Below, in pieces: positions 1-14,117 of a stretch of DNA of 64,000 bases (position 1 is the stretch's first letter; the number at the start of each line of letters is the position of its first letter). This DNA comes from the human T2T-CHM13v2.0 reference genome, Homo sapiens, in assembly GCF_009914755.1 (NCBI RefSeq), contig NC_060930.1; one strand, given 5' to 3'. The notes beneath the pieces were generated by a model that was given only the letters and a program-made list of their open reading frames with translations, was not told where the DNA came from and did no database searches. Made by a program: the position numbers and the translations under genes.

Positions 1-284
1 ATCTCCCGGAAATCATTTATTAATTATATTAGTTTTTTAAACGCTTGTAATTGATGATATGCACAGAGAAGAAAACATATGAAGTGTTGCATTAAACATA
101 TACTCACAATAATGCAGTAAATTATTTTAACTATATATTTTCAAATTTTATGTGACATGTTTGGATAAATTCAGACTAGTCCTCTTAGATCACAATAAAA
201 ATGTAAGGCCATGTTAAGAAAGAACAAAGTTATTTTATAATTACAAAGCAATTATGGTAGAAATTTATAGGTTTTGATATTATT

Positions 285-1060
285 ATTTATTCAATGCCAA
301 CTGAGTACCTAATACTATATTATTTTTATATTATATATAATATTATATTTTAAGCATATAATAACATATTATGTGCAAAGTATAGTTCTAAACAAAGGAG
401 ACAAAAGAAGGTAGAGAATATGGGCTCTGCTCCCCAAAGGAGCTAAAAATCTAGCAGCAGAGACAAGGAAAGCACGCTTAAGAAGTAATCTTATAACACA
501 GAGCAATTAACAATTTATTACCAAATAATGAATATAAAATCAGAGTTTCCAAGGTCAGTATAGACTAAACTGATCAATCCTAGGGCGGAAGCCATTCCAC
601 ATGTTTTGTTCATTCTTGGTAGATTATTGGTATTTCAAGTAGTCAACTAGATAGAGGAAGGTTTGAAGTTCAAGATCCCACTTCCTATGCCCCACATATC
701 AACTCCTTTACCTTCCATATACATAACAAATAGCAAGCTTTCCCTGAAAAATAAAAATAATGGATTTTCAGCCACATTAAACTGAACCTTCAAGTGGGAG
801 CAGAATGTACAATGAATTGAGAGGATATTCTGGGCAGAGGAAATGGTGTGAGCATAGCTCAGAGTCTGTATTCACAAGACTTTATGGAGGGACAAAAATT
901 AGACCAATCTGGTAAGAGCAAAAGATTCACATAGCCAGGAAGTGGGAGAAAGCAGTGAACCAGTAGATTAGGGTCAGGATGCAGAGAGCTATAAACATGT
1001 GTCTAAGGAGTGTGGTGTCCATTAAAGGATTATTTTTGAAAGAGGTGTATTGGCATAAAT
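285..1060 (-). mobile_element. Degraded L2 LINE fragments
   Basis: L2-antisense-like motifs: ctgctccccaaaggagctaaaaatctag (~428-454) and attctgggcagaggaaatggtgtgagc (~827-853). Boundaries approximate. Confidence 0.45.
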
Positions 1061-1061
1061 C

Positions 1062-2677
<1,616 letters not shown>

Positions 2678-2679
2678 GA

Positions 2680-3130
2680 GAGTGATGTATTAGGAGAAAT
2701 TGTCAAATAAAGAAATTGGGGGCTAGAAAGCTAAAGAAGTCATTGCAGAAGTTCAAATAGGAGTTGCTAATAGTGTGAAGTAGGTATATCACTACAGAAT
2801 GAAAATATAGCTGTGGAACTTACTGAAAGAAAACTAAATAGAAGATTTTTTGGAAGATTTACTTATGGAAAGTTAAGGAGAAAATTTAAAATGTGTTTCT
2901 TGAATTTTAAGACCGGGCAGCTAAATGATACTAATCCTGACAGAAAGTGGAAAGTTAATGGGAAGACTCAATTTTCACAAGGTGATAGCACATTGGAATA
3001 TAGTTCTGCTTGCATTTAAAGTCAAAAATTAAAAAAAAAAACTGAAATGAAAATACCTATACACAACTGGACAGCAAACTGAAGAGAAAGATTTCTCAGT
3101 CCGTAAGATGTATATTTGTGAACCCTGTAG
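2680..3130 (-). mobile_element. Degraded L2 fragment (probable continuation of the element split by the L1PB)
   Basis: Purine-rich L2-antisense-like text (aagaagtcattgcagaagttcaaataggag; ttttaagaccgggcagctaaatgata). Confidence 0.4.
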
Positions 3131-3397
3131 TATGAAATCATCATAAACGAACCCATGGGCATTCATAACATCTTAGAGAGCATGAAAAGAATTATCTCCC
3201 TTGACTGAATCTAGGAGTATGACTGACTTTACTGGCACACAGAAGTCATTATTTATTGCAAATAAGAAGTCTTTCAATTTCTACTATAAACCTCATCATG
3301 AAAACCTCATCATGAATATAATCTCCCACAATAGCAACTGGAAATACCTAAGATCTCAACATAAAAAGTTTCATAATTTAGAATAAAGTCAGGCAAT

Positions 3398-6061
3398 AGG
3401 TAATAAAAGCAACAACAACAAAAAAGCCCTGGAGTAGATGAATTCACAGTTGATTCTCTCTGATGTACAAAGAAGAGCTAGTACCCATCCTACTGAAATT
3501 ACTCCAAAAATTGAGGAGGAGAGACTCCTCACCTCACTAACTCATTCTATGAAGCCAGTATCATTCTCATAACGAAACCCAAAAGAGACACAACAAAGAG
3601 AGAAAATTTCCAGCCAATATCCCTGATGAATATAGATGCAAAAATCCTCAGCAAAATACTAGCAAACTGAATCCAGCAGCACATAAAAAAGTTAATTCAC
3701 CATGATCAAGCAGGCTTTCTTCCTCGGATGCGAGGTTGGTTCAACATATGCAAATCAATAAATGTGATTCACCAAATAAGCAGAATTTAAAAAAAACATA
3801 ATTATATCAATAGAAGCAGAAAAGGCTTTTGACACATTCAACATCCCTTCATATTAAAAACCTTCAACAAATTAGGCACCAAAGGAACATACCTCAAAAT
3901 CATAAGAGCCATCTATGACAAACCCACAGCCAACATCTTACTGAATGAGCAAAGGCTGGAAGCATTCCTCTTGAAGACTGGAACCACTCCGTCCACTCTG
4001 ACCATATCTATTCAACATAGTACTAGAAGTCTCAGCCAGAGAAATCAGGCAAGAGAAAGAAATAATAGGAATCCAAATAGAAAGAGAGGAAGTCAAACTA
4101 TCTCTTTTCACAGACAATATGATTCTATACCTAGAAAACCCCATAGACTCTGCTAGAAGGCTCCTAGAACTGATAAGTGACTTCAGTAAAGTTTCAGAAT
4201 ATAAAATCAACATACACAAATCAGTAGCATTTTTATACAATAATGTCCAAGCTGAGAGGCACATCAAAAATGCAATGCCACTTACAATAGCCACAAAAAG
4301 AATAAAATACCTAGGAATACAGCATACCAAGGAGGTGAAAGTTCTCTATGATGAGAATTTTAAAACACTGCTGAAAGAAATCAGAGAAAACACAAACAAA
4401 TGGAAAGACATTCCATGCTCATGGATAGGAAGAATCAATGTGTTAAAATGGCCATACTGCTCAAAGCAATTTACAGATTTTATGCTATTTCTATCAAACT
4501 GCCAATGTCATTTTTCACAGACAGAAAAAAAAACTATTCTGAAATTTCTATGAAACCAACTCAGAGTGCAAGTCATCAAGGCAATCCAAAGCAAAAAGAA
4601 CAAAGCCAGAGGCATCACACTCCCCAACTTCAAACTATACAACAAGGCTGCATTAACCAAAACAGTATACAAAAACAGATAAAAAACAGACCTAATGATA
4701 CCATATCAGACACATAGACCAAAAGAACCTAATAGAGAACCAAGAAATAAAGCTACACATCCACAACCACTGGATCTTTGACAAAGTTGACAATAACAAA
4801 CAATGGGGAAAGGACTCCCTATTCAATTAATGGTGCTGGGATAACTGGCTAGCCATATGCAGAAGACTGAAATTAGACTACTTTCTTACACCATACTCAT
4901 AAATTACCTCAAGATGAATTAAAAACTTAAGTGTAAGACCTACAACAATAAAAACTCCAGAAGAAAACCTACGAAATACTGTTCTGGACATCAGCCTTGG
5001 CAAAAAATTTATGACTAAGATCTCAAAAGCAATTGCAACAAAAACAAAATTGACAAGTGGGACCTAATTCGACTAAAGAGTTTTTGCAAAGCCTAAGAAA
5101 CAATCAACAGAATATGAGAAAATATTCACAAACTATGCATCCAACAAAGGTCTAATATCCAGAATCTATAAGGAACTTAAACAATTCAGCAAATAAAAAA
5201 CAACCTCATTAAAAATGAGAAAAGGACATAAATAGACACTTCTCAAAAGAAGACATACATGTGACCAACAAATATATATTTTTAAATGTTTATTATTACT
5301 AACCATTAGAGAAATGGAAATCAAAACCACAATGAGAGACCATCTCACACCAGTCAGAATGATGATTATTAAAAAGTCAAAAAAACAACAACAGATGCTA
5401 GTGGGGTTACAGAGAAAGGAGGACACTTATAGGCTGCTGGTGGGAAGGTAAATTAGTTCAGCCTCTGTGGAAAGCAGTGTAGTGATTTCTCAAAGAATTC
5501 AAAACAGAACTAACATTCACTCCAACAATCCCACTACTAGGCACGAGCCCAGAGAAAAATAAATCATTCTACCAGAAAGACATATGCACACATATGTTTA
5601 TCATAGCACTATTCACAATAGCAAAAACATGCAGTCAATTAAGATGCCTGTTGATAGTGGACTGGATAAAGAAAATGTGGTTCATATAAACTGTGGAATA
5701 CTATGAGGCCATAAAAAATGAAATCATGTCCTTTGAAGCAACATGGACATAGCTGGAGGCCATCATCCTAAATGAATTAATGCAGAAACAGAAAACCAAA
5801 TATCATATGTTCTCACTTATTAATGGGACTAAACATTAAATACACAGGGACACAAAGATGGGAAGAGTAGACACTGGGGACTGCTCCGGGGGGAGGGTGG
5901 GAGAGGGGTGTGGGTTGAAAGGCTGCTACCTATCAGGTACTATGCTCACTGCCTGGGTGACAGGATCATTCGTACATCAAGCCTCAGTGACATGTAATTT
6001 ACCCATGTAGTAAACCTACACATGCACCCCTTGAACCTAAAATTAAAATGAAGGAAAAAAA
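3398..6061 (+). mobile_element. 5'-truncated L1PA15/16-type LINE-1 with disrupted ORF2
   Basis: RT-region remnants (ORF 4119-4553 [25 protein letters not shown]...KYLGIQ). 3'UTR gggtgacaggatcattcgtacatcaagcctcagtgac. Degenerate TSD agaataaagtca (3380-3391) / aaaatacagtca (6058-6069). Confidence 0.9.
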
Positions 6062-6170
6062 TACAGTCATTTTAATTGTAAAAGTGTCTTTTTAATCATA
6101 AAATTTTAGTTGCAAGGTTATTAATATAACTGATCCAAACCCATATTTTGTAAATGAGAAAACTAAAGTC

Positions 6171-6646
6171 TGTGGTTAGATTATTTCAAAAGATAACCTT
6201 AACTATACCGTCCATCCTTACCTACGCTTTTGCAATTTGCCACACTTATCAAGAAACAGAGTGCATTTTTCTTTCCCTTGGATACTGGCTTCCCTGTAAA
6301 TTGTTTTGACCAAGAGAATGTGGTTGAAGTATTGCTGTGTGCCATCTAGATCTAAGCTTTAAGAGACTTTGAAGCATTCATTTATGTTGTGTTGGGACTC
6401 AGCTGCCATGCTGTAAGACAACTAGTCTAGCCTGAATGGGGAAAACAAGATCTCTCAATAACCAGTATGTGCATGTAGTTATTTTGGACAGTCCTGTGTC
6501 AGCTGTTCAACTGAGCCCAGATAAGACCAGCAGAAGAACCACCATGCTAAGCACAAGCTATCCACAATATTGAGGGAAATATTCAATGATTGTTTAAGTT
6601 ACAAGTCTTGGGGATGGTTCATTATGCATTCTTTGATAGCTGATAT
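6171..6646 (+). mobile_element. MLT1 (H/G-like) MaLR solo LTR
   Basis: Begins tgtggttag; contains ttgttttgaccaagagaatgtggttgaagt and cagctgccatgctgtaaga; ends ttggggatggttcattatgca...gatagctgatata. Confidence 0.7.
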
Positions 6647-6886
6647 AAACTCAGACCACACTGCTATATTTGATTATTGTTGTAGTCATTATTAAACTTA
6701 TTCTACATGACCCTTTCCATTAGATTGCACTATCTTAAGAAATCTGTAACCGATTTTACCTTCAGGGGGCCTCCCTATTCTAGAGAGCACATTATTAAAA
6801 TACAAACTAACAACTTTATAAATTTGACATACCTAAAGCAAATATACCAGGCATACGGAGCACAAAATTTCTAATGTTACATGTTT

Positions 6887-7439
6887 ATTACTATTATTAT
6901 TATTATACTTTAAGTTTTAGGGTACATGTGCACAATGTGCAGGTTTGTTACATATGTATACATGTGCCATGTTGGTTTTCTGCACCCATTAACTCATCAT
7001 TTACATTAGGTATTTCTCCTAATGCTATCCCTCCCCCATTCCCCCACCCCACGACAGGCCCCAGTGTGTGATGTTCCCCGCCCTATGTCCAAGTGTTCTC
7101 ATTGTTCAATTCCCACCTACGAGTGAGAACATGTGGTGTTTGATTTTCTGTCCTTGTGATAGTTTGCTCACAATGGTTTCCAGCTTCATCCATGTCCCTA
7201 CAAAGGACATGAACTCATCCTTTTTCATGGCTGCACAGCATTCCATGGTGTATATGTGCCACATTTTCTTAATCCAGTCTATCATTGATGGACATTTGGG
7301 TTAGTTTCAAGTCTTTGCTATTGTGAATAGTGCCGCAACAAACATACGTGTGCATGTGTCTTTATAGTAGCATGATTTATAATCCTTTGGGTATATACCC
7401 AGTAATGGGATTGCTGGGTCAAATGGTATTTCTAGTTCT
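6887..7439 (-). mobile_element. 5'-truncated L1PA (PA4-6-like) 3' fragment
   Basis: ttattatactttaagttttagggtacatgtgcac...aaatggtatttctagttct; (TTA)n-type tail; TSD aatgttacatgttt at 6873-6886 and 7451-7464. Confidence 0.95.
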
Positions 7440-9099
7440 TGTTTTTGTACAATGTTACATGTTTTTGTACAACCTACAAGTTTTATGTATTCGTATGGCC
7501 TTTGGTCCATGTCTCTTTAATAACCTAAGTTGGAAGTTTGAATTGATACCCTCTTTTATTATTGATACATTTTCCTTTAGTGAACAACACATTCTTTTCA
7601 AAGATAGTCTTCACTGTATCATAGTATTTGAAGGCATTATAAAAGACTGAGTGAAGTTTTTGAAAGAAAAAGTCTAGGGTTTCTGGTACCCTTTTTAATG
7701 TTTTATTGGGTGCTCTTTTTAGCCTCTGCTTTTTTCACTTTCCTTCTGCTCTCCCCTCCTCACTTCTTCCTGTATACACTTCAAAGAGAAAATAAAGGAG
7801 AAAATAAGTCACAAACGAACAGCTGGAAGGATGTGGTCAGCATTCACATACAAGAGACAGTCAAATTCCTCAGCCTCAGAAGGAATGTGTTTATTATAGA
7901 GAACATTCAGGCCTTTATTTTATCCAAACTCCATCTAACAGAGTCTTCTCCCTCCTTGCTATTGCCTCTGAAACCCTCTGCCCAAAAAGATTCCTCTGTG
8001 GCAAGTGAGTGAGTAAAGTTTTCCAGAAATAATGTATTGATTTAAACGATGCTGCTAAACAGTAGAGGATCAGACCTTGCTTAATTCATCACAATATTAT
8101 GATAGCTTTCTTCATTTAAAAAAGTCAGTGCACACCTAAACATGAAAATAAGTCATTTTATTTGTGACATAATGCATCGTTGCTCATGTCACAGGGAGAA
8201 TTGAAGTGCAGGATGAGTAGGACAATGGGGAAGTGATGAATGCTTAATTGGGTCCATTAAACATAACATAATGTTTTATAAAATTTAAATTTTTGTAATG
8301 GCAGGATACAACACAATGTCACACACACAGAAAAAAAGGCAGAACTCCTTGTTATTTGGAACTCCAAAGGAGAGAAGTCTGCTACATTAGGCCATAGAAT
8401 TTTGCATCCAGGGACAGGATTAACAGCAAGCAGGGATGACAGTGGCAACTTATGTATGGCAAGTCGGCTGGGGTGAGGTTTCTTGGGGATGCCTATAGAT
8501 TGGCTAATTTTAATTCTCCAGCTCCAAAGCACAGAGTCTGCCCCCAGTTGTCTGGTACCTGGACCCTAGGCAATTAGGGTTTTGCATAGTGGACTCTGAG
8601 TGTGAGAGTTCATAAAGGAAGTGGCTGGAATATGAACTTAAAATCAGCCATTGTAGAAGGGGAACTGACCAGCCTCCAGTGAGGCTTTCAAAACTGGGTA
8701 AAACCAACATTTTAAGAAAAGAACATATTAAACAATCATTACCTTTTTTTTAACTATGACCTGATGGATATAATTTAAATTCTATAGAACAAATGCTCTG
8801 TTTTTCCTGTATTTTTATTTCCTCATCCTTCTGGATTGCAATGGATGTGAAGGAATCTTCCTTAATTTGGGAACACTGGAGAAAAGACTTCCAATCCTCC
8901 TGACCCATGAGGTGCCTCCTGCAGCTTAGCCTCTGCATGTTGGTCTCTGTCTTTGCTGGATTCACAGCTGTGACAACTCCTGGTCCATTCTTGGTACTGC
9001 CAAAGCCAATTGTCTCAAGGCTCTGAACTTCAACTGCACACTTCCCCTCGCCAAATTTTGTTAAGTCCTGGGTATTAAGGCATCTACCTTGTAGTTGGG

Positions 9100-9260
9100 C
9101 AATAGTTCTCAAACTGGGCTTTAGATTTTCATCACCAGAGGCATTTCGAAAAATGATTCCCTGACCCCACCCAAGATAATAAAATTAGAATCTCTTTGTG
9201 GGGTGGGGCCTAAGACTTTAATATACACACAGGAATGACATTATTGCACCTAAGTGGCTC
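9100..9260. mobile_element. MER5-like hAT-Charlie DNA transposon remnant
   Basis: caatagttctcaaactgg terminus and aaattagaatctctttgtggggtggggcctaagac core. Confidence 0.65.
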
Positions 9261-9395
9261 TGATAGAAACAAGGTACATACTTCTCAGCTACTATATGTG
9301 CCCTTCCCTGGGGTCCATAGGTAAATGCTCAGGTTTTCTACCTTGCCAGCATCGATACAGACCAAAAGAGAGGCGAGGTGGAAGGAGAAGGCATG

Positions 9396-9458
9396 TACAC
9401 CATCTCATTATGTAAGCTATCAAGCTACACCATCTCATTATGTAAACTTTCAAGCTAC
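9396..9458. repeat. 30-bp tandem duplication
   Basis: tacaccatctcattatgtaagctatcaagc / tacaccatctcattatgtaaactttcaagc (28/30 identical), followed by tac. Confidence 0.9.
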
Positions 9459-9754
9459 GAGTTCTACTCACCCGGCGGGAATGAGGGAAGTTGATCAAGA
9501 GGGAATTCTTGGAGCTTTCATGCTCAGGGAATGCACATTACCCATGGTTCACCTCAACTGTGTACCTGGGAACTGAATTCTACCATCTTCAATTTCATTC
9601 TCCTCCCATGCAAACCAGATTAAAGCTCGTAATAGACATCCCATGGGCTTAACAACTAAGACATAACACTCTACAAGGCTTCATAAAAAGCCTGAGTGTC
9701 CCCATGTACCAAGAGACTGTTGGAATTGATTCCCCTAAAACTTCGTATCTAAAT

Positions 9755-10000
9755 TTCAGTGCTATGTTAAATAGCAATGCTGAGAATAAAAATATTTGCC
9801 TTGTTCCCTGTCTTAAGGATAAATCATTCAGTCTTTCACCATTAAGTATAATGTTGGCTATAGTGTTTTTAAAAATAGATGTCTTTTAACAAGTTGAGGA
9901 TATTCTCCTCGATTCCTAGTTTTCTGAGAGTTTTGGGTTTTTCTTCCTTATATTTTAATAACTTTCCTTTGACTATATGTAATAATTGATTACATTTTTT
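9755..10000 (-). mobile_element. Old L1M ORF2 fragment
   Basis: ttcagtgctatgttaaatagcaatgctgaga...ttcagtctttcaccattaagtataatgttggctatag...gattcctagttttctgagagttt. Confidence 0.75.
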
Positions 10001-10025
10001 TCCTCTTTTATAATGGGGAAGCCTG

Positions 10026-10338
10026 ATTTATTTATTTATTTATTTATTTATTTATTGAGACAGAGTTTTGTTCTTGATGCCCAGGCTGAAGTGCAATGGT
10101 GTATCTCGGCTCATGACAGCCTCCGCCTCGCACGTTCAAGCGATTCTCCTGCCTCAGCCTCCCAAGCAGCTGGGATTACAGGTGCCCACCACCACGCCTG
10201 GCTAATTTTTGTATTTTCAGTAGAGACGGGGTGTCACCATGTTGGCCAGGCTAGTCTCAAACTCCTGGCCTCAGGTGATCTACCCACCTCGGCCTCCCAA
10301 AGTGCTGGGATTACAGGCATGAGCCACCACACCCAGCC
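10026..10338 (-). mobile_element. AluSq-like with (TTTA)n tail
   Basis: gagttttgttcttgatgcccaggctgaagtgcaatgg (Sq/Sp-type diagnostics); full dimer ending cccagcc. Confidence 0.93.
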
Positions 10339-10671
10339 ATCCTTATGATATTTACAAGTAGGAATACGCATTTAGGACATTGTTTCTTGGCTTCCTAAAA
10401 GTTTGCCTCCCAAAAACCTTACCTATATTTACCTTGTTGCCAGCAATACCTACTTAGAGTGTCCCATTGGGTTTAAAATACTTTGACCCTCTGATGGCTG
10501 TTATTATTATGCACTTATGTTGTCTGAAATGACAAATGTATGAATCAATGAATGACATTAAATGCATGACCATGAATTTGTTAGTTAACATGAACAGATC
10601 TTGAAATTTAAAAAGATAGTAGAAAAGTAATTATTGATGAGAGAGGTCTAGGATAACTGTAGAGGAAAATG

Positions 10672-10903
10672 AGGGACTATTCCTTACCCAAAATGCTTGG
10701 AACCAACAGTACTCCGGATTGCTAATTTTTTCAGATTTTGTAATATTAGCATTTTACTTACAAGTTCAACATCCCTGATCTGAAAATCTGAAATTGGGAA
10801 TGCTCCAATGAGCATTTCCTTTGAGGGACAGGTTGGTGCTCAAAAAGTTAGAATTTTGAAGCATTACAAACTTCATATTTTTGGATTCACAATGCTCAAT
10901 CTA
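10672..10903. mobile_element. Tigger4a (MER46A) DNA transposon
   Basis: ccttacccaaaatgcttggaacc...aatgctccaatgagcatttcctttgag...ggtgctcaaaaagtt...aatgctcaatcta. Confidence 0.85.
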
Positions 10904-12254
10904 TATTTTGAGATTGCCAGAACCCTGAAAAAGAAGAATTGAAAGGCAGAGAACTTGTGCTGAGTGAAGGAGAAGTCAACTGAGAGAGGAAAGTATGCCA
11001 TTCAGTTACTCTCTGACTTTGCCTGGGCCATCTGAGTTCAATCCTTCCCTGGGTAACTCTAGACTGTGCAACACAAAGACAGTGAACTCTAATACATGTG
11101 TTTATATTTATTTCTTTATATTAAATATTTAGGTCTTTATTTTATTCATCTATATAACTTAAGCTATTATTTACTAATTGTCTTTTCAGTTTTATTCTCA
11201 ATGCTGAGTATATTTCCCTTTTAAATGTCACTTCACAATCCAGAATGAATTTAAAAAAATCCAGGACAGCCATGTCATCACAGCATGTTAAAGAAAAGGT
11301 GTTTCCAGGACCCAACCATGTGGCCTGACTGTATAAGCAACAGTAATTGAATGTATTAAATATTTTGATCCTAACTCATTTGGCAATGCTCCTATAAACT
11401 CAGCCCAAATCTCCTGGAGAGTAATGCATGCTAATGAAACCAAAGAGGCGGAGGCTGAATGAAAATAAGTGCTATAAATACTGGATGCTTGTGATTAAAC
11501 ATTCTGAAATATGCCAGGAAGATTTAAGTCCCACTAATTATTAGAAGCTTGGACCAAATGAGGTATATGTTCAGTTATGACTTGACTTAGAGAGTAGTTT
11601 GTTATTATACCGAGTTCAATAGCTTTAAAAATAGATATGTTTGGCCTCTAATGATTCACTTGGTATTTTGCTGAATAAACTTCCACTTGTTTGTTAATTT
11701 AGGTACAGAAAATAACTGCCTGGAATTAATTTGGTGTTCAGTAAAATGGTATTATTTGTTTGTGTTTTTAAAAATAGCTTACCTCTAAGTAGTCTTTCTA
11801 GCCTAATCATAGAAGTTAAACCTTATAAGTTAATTATCAGGAAAGAAGATATCTTAAAAATAGTTTATAGTCTAGAAGAAGACCATGCTATGGGAGGTGT
11901 AATGATTTTTGAGGGCTCATAGAGAAATATTTAGGAAACTTTGGAGCACAGAGTAAAATATAACAGGAAGAACTAATTCATGAGTAAGAAAAGTCTTACT
12001 TCCTGGACTAATCTGTTGAGTGAGTATGAACTTTTCAGATACATCACAGACTGGTGTTAGAAGGGCATAAGTGTTCTCCACACTGCATCCCTGCTTCATA
12101 ACCCTTACAAACCTGGGATCAAAGAAGCCTGCACTCCATCACTGCTTTCTCTCTAAGCATGCCACAGCTAATTTATTCACAGTACAGGATACCTTCAGAG
12201 AAGTGTACATATTTCATAAGCCCATACTACTAAAATGATGCTAATACAATCTGT

Positions 12255-12380
12255 ACATTTAATCAATAGACATATTCACCACCTACTATGAAGTAAGCAC
12301 CATGCTTAGGACAAAAGATTATTTTTATATATTTATCTAGCCCCTACCCTCAAAGAGCTTCCTATTCTCTTATAGTAAGA
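12255..12380 (-). mobile_element. L2 3'-end fragment
   Basis: catttaatcaatagacatattcaccacctactatg...cccctaccctcaaagagcttcctattct. Confidence 0.55.
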
Positions 12381-13659
12381 GATTACTAGATTATATTTTC
12401 TATGTAATTCCTATTACTAGAATAGTAACTATACACAAATAATACAATTATAAATATTTCAATAAAGTATATACATAGATATATACATACACATATATAA
12501 ATAAAAGAATTTCAAAAGAAAAGGAAAATTTATCTTTTCAATAACCTCTATATGAATGAATTAATGAATATCTCTAGATGTCATTTTTCTTTAATTATTA
12601 AAGTACAGTGATTATCTTCTCTCTTTTATGCATTCTTTTACTGGAGAATGAGCCAAAACCATAATCCCCAATAGCCTGTAGCACAGTTCATGGATTGGTT
12701 ATCACTATGGTCTCCTCATAAAAACTGTCTTTTGATAAGTAGTTTGGGCTGTCAGTTATGGAGGCAGTGACTGTGAATTGCTAAAACCAAATCAAATTCT
12801 ATAATCACAGCCTCCGAGAATGAGGTTTCTGAGAAAACCATTTTCCTGCACAGCTTGAAGTGCCATTATTCCATTTAACCAGGTGGATATATGCTGGGTT
12901 TGCAGCTCTGAGACATCAAGTGAAAATTCTAAGTTTTGCATAATAACATTACTTACCATTCTCAAGGCCTAAGAGTGGTAGGCTTCCTTTGGAAATACAT
13001 CAACTCTTTTCAGAGTACCTATAGTTAGTATCTCATGGTGGAATAATGAATATATTATCCTCTCACGCCCAGATAATTCCCTGTACTTAGACAAACAGAA
13101 GTATTATACCTCCCTATGTACCCAACTTGTTATTATAAATAATATTGGAAAAATATTGTGGATGAATGTTTGACAGTGTCCAAGACCTGGATCAATAAGT
13201 CCATAATGAAATATACTCTGTCACTCATTAAAATTGTCACATTTTTCATAACAAATTATACGATCACCCTGTGTATAAGTGACTCCTATTTCACTACCAC
13301 AAACATATGTATATTGTATTTGTACTTTCTGGTGCTAAATCCTATGCTAATAGCATGTTCTACTGAACTGCTTCCTAAAAAATGACTTAGCTTTCTTGGT
13401 TACTTCTTTTTTATCATGATAGAAAATAAGGATAACCAGGAATCCTAAATTATTGGCAACCTTCTTTTAGGCATTATTGATTACTATATTGAGATATAGT
13501 CGGGCTTCCCTGGTTTGGTTTATTGCATAACTGTAAACTTCCCTCTACTGAACTGTGGAAATGTGCCCTATGGCATATTCAGATCTTTTAAGTGTGTAAT
13601 TTTTAAAAGTATGAGTGCAACAGATATCAATAAGCACCCATTATATTAACAACTGAAAA

Positions 13660-13900
13660 ACAAATAATAGCTACTATATGTATAGTGCTTACTACATGCT
13701 AGGCATTTTGCTAAGCTCTTTACATATATCAGATCATTCCATCTTCATCACAAATTTATGAAGTAGTTATCAGAATTATCTCTGTTTTACGGGCGAAAAC
13801 TAAGACACAAAAGATTTTGCTTAGTTAACTCAACTTGAACAGTTGGTAAACAGCAAATGTAGGATTTCAACCCAGGAAGACTGGCTTGAGCCCGTAAAGT
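13660..13900 (-). mobile_element. MIR SINE
   Basis: aataatagctac...tgcttactacatgctaggcattttgctaagctctttacata...ggatttcaacccaggaagactggct. Confidence 0.8.
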
Positions 13901-14028
13901 ATGACATAGTCGCTACTCTAGACATGGTCTATGGATTTATAGCAAAAGACACTGAATAATTAAAAAATTTTCTCTAACAACTTACAAATTGATTGCACTA
14001 TGTCATTGCTTCTTCTCTGTTGTTTTAG

Positions 14029-14117
14029 ATTCCACCATGGCTTTCAAGTATGAAAAAGGGACCAGAACACACACATTTATTTTAGCTGGTGGGGTTTTGG
14101 TAGCAAGTGTTAGAGAA
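14029..14117 (+). other. Candidate spliced exon containing a Kozak ATG (unvalidated)
   Basis: CTAAC branch-like motif ~13974-13978, no AG between 13949 and 14026, pyrimidine tract cttcttctctgttgttttAG, CCACCATGG at 14032-14040, donor-like GAA|gtgaga at 14118. Confidence 0.3.

Noticed and set aside
9396-9458. 30-35-bp direct repeats (also 40281-40350) as CRISPR-like arrays
   Set aside because: Only two adjacent copies, no spacers, and a primate genomic context.
9986-10348. Alu-derived ORFs (also 42506-42804)
   Set aside because: Typical antisense-Alu translations with no evidence of exonisation.
11428-11440. ATGCTAATGAAAC resembling the Oct-1/VP16 TAATGARAT element
   Set aside because: Single imperfect match in AT-rich DNA; not independent evidence of function.
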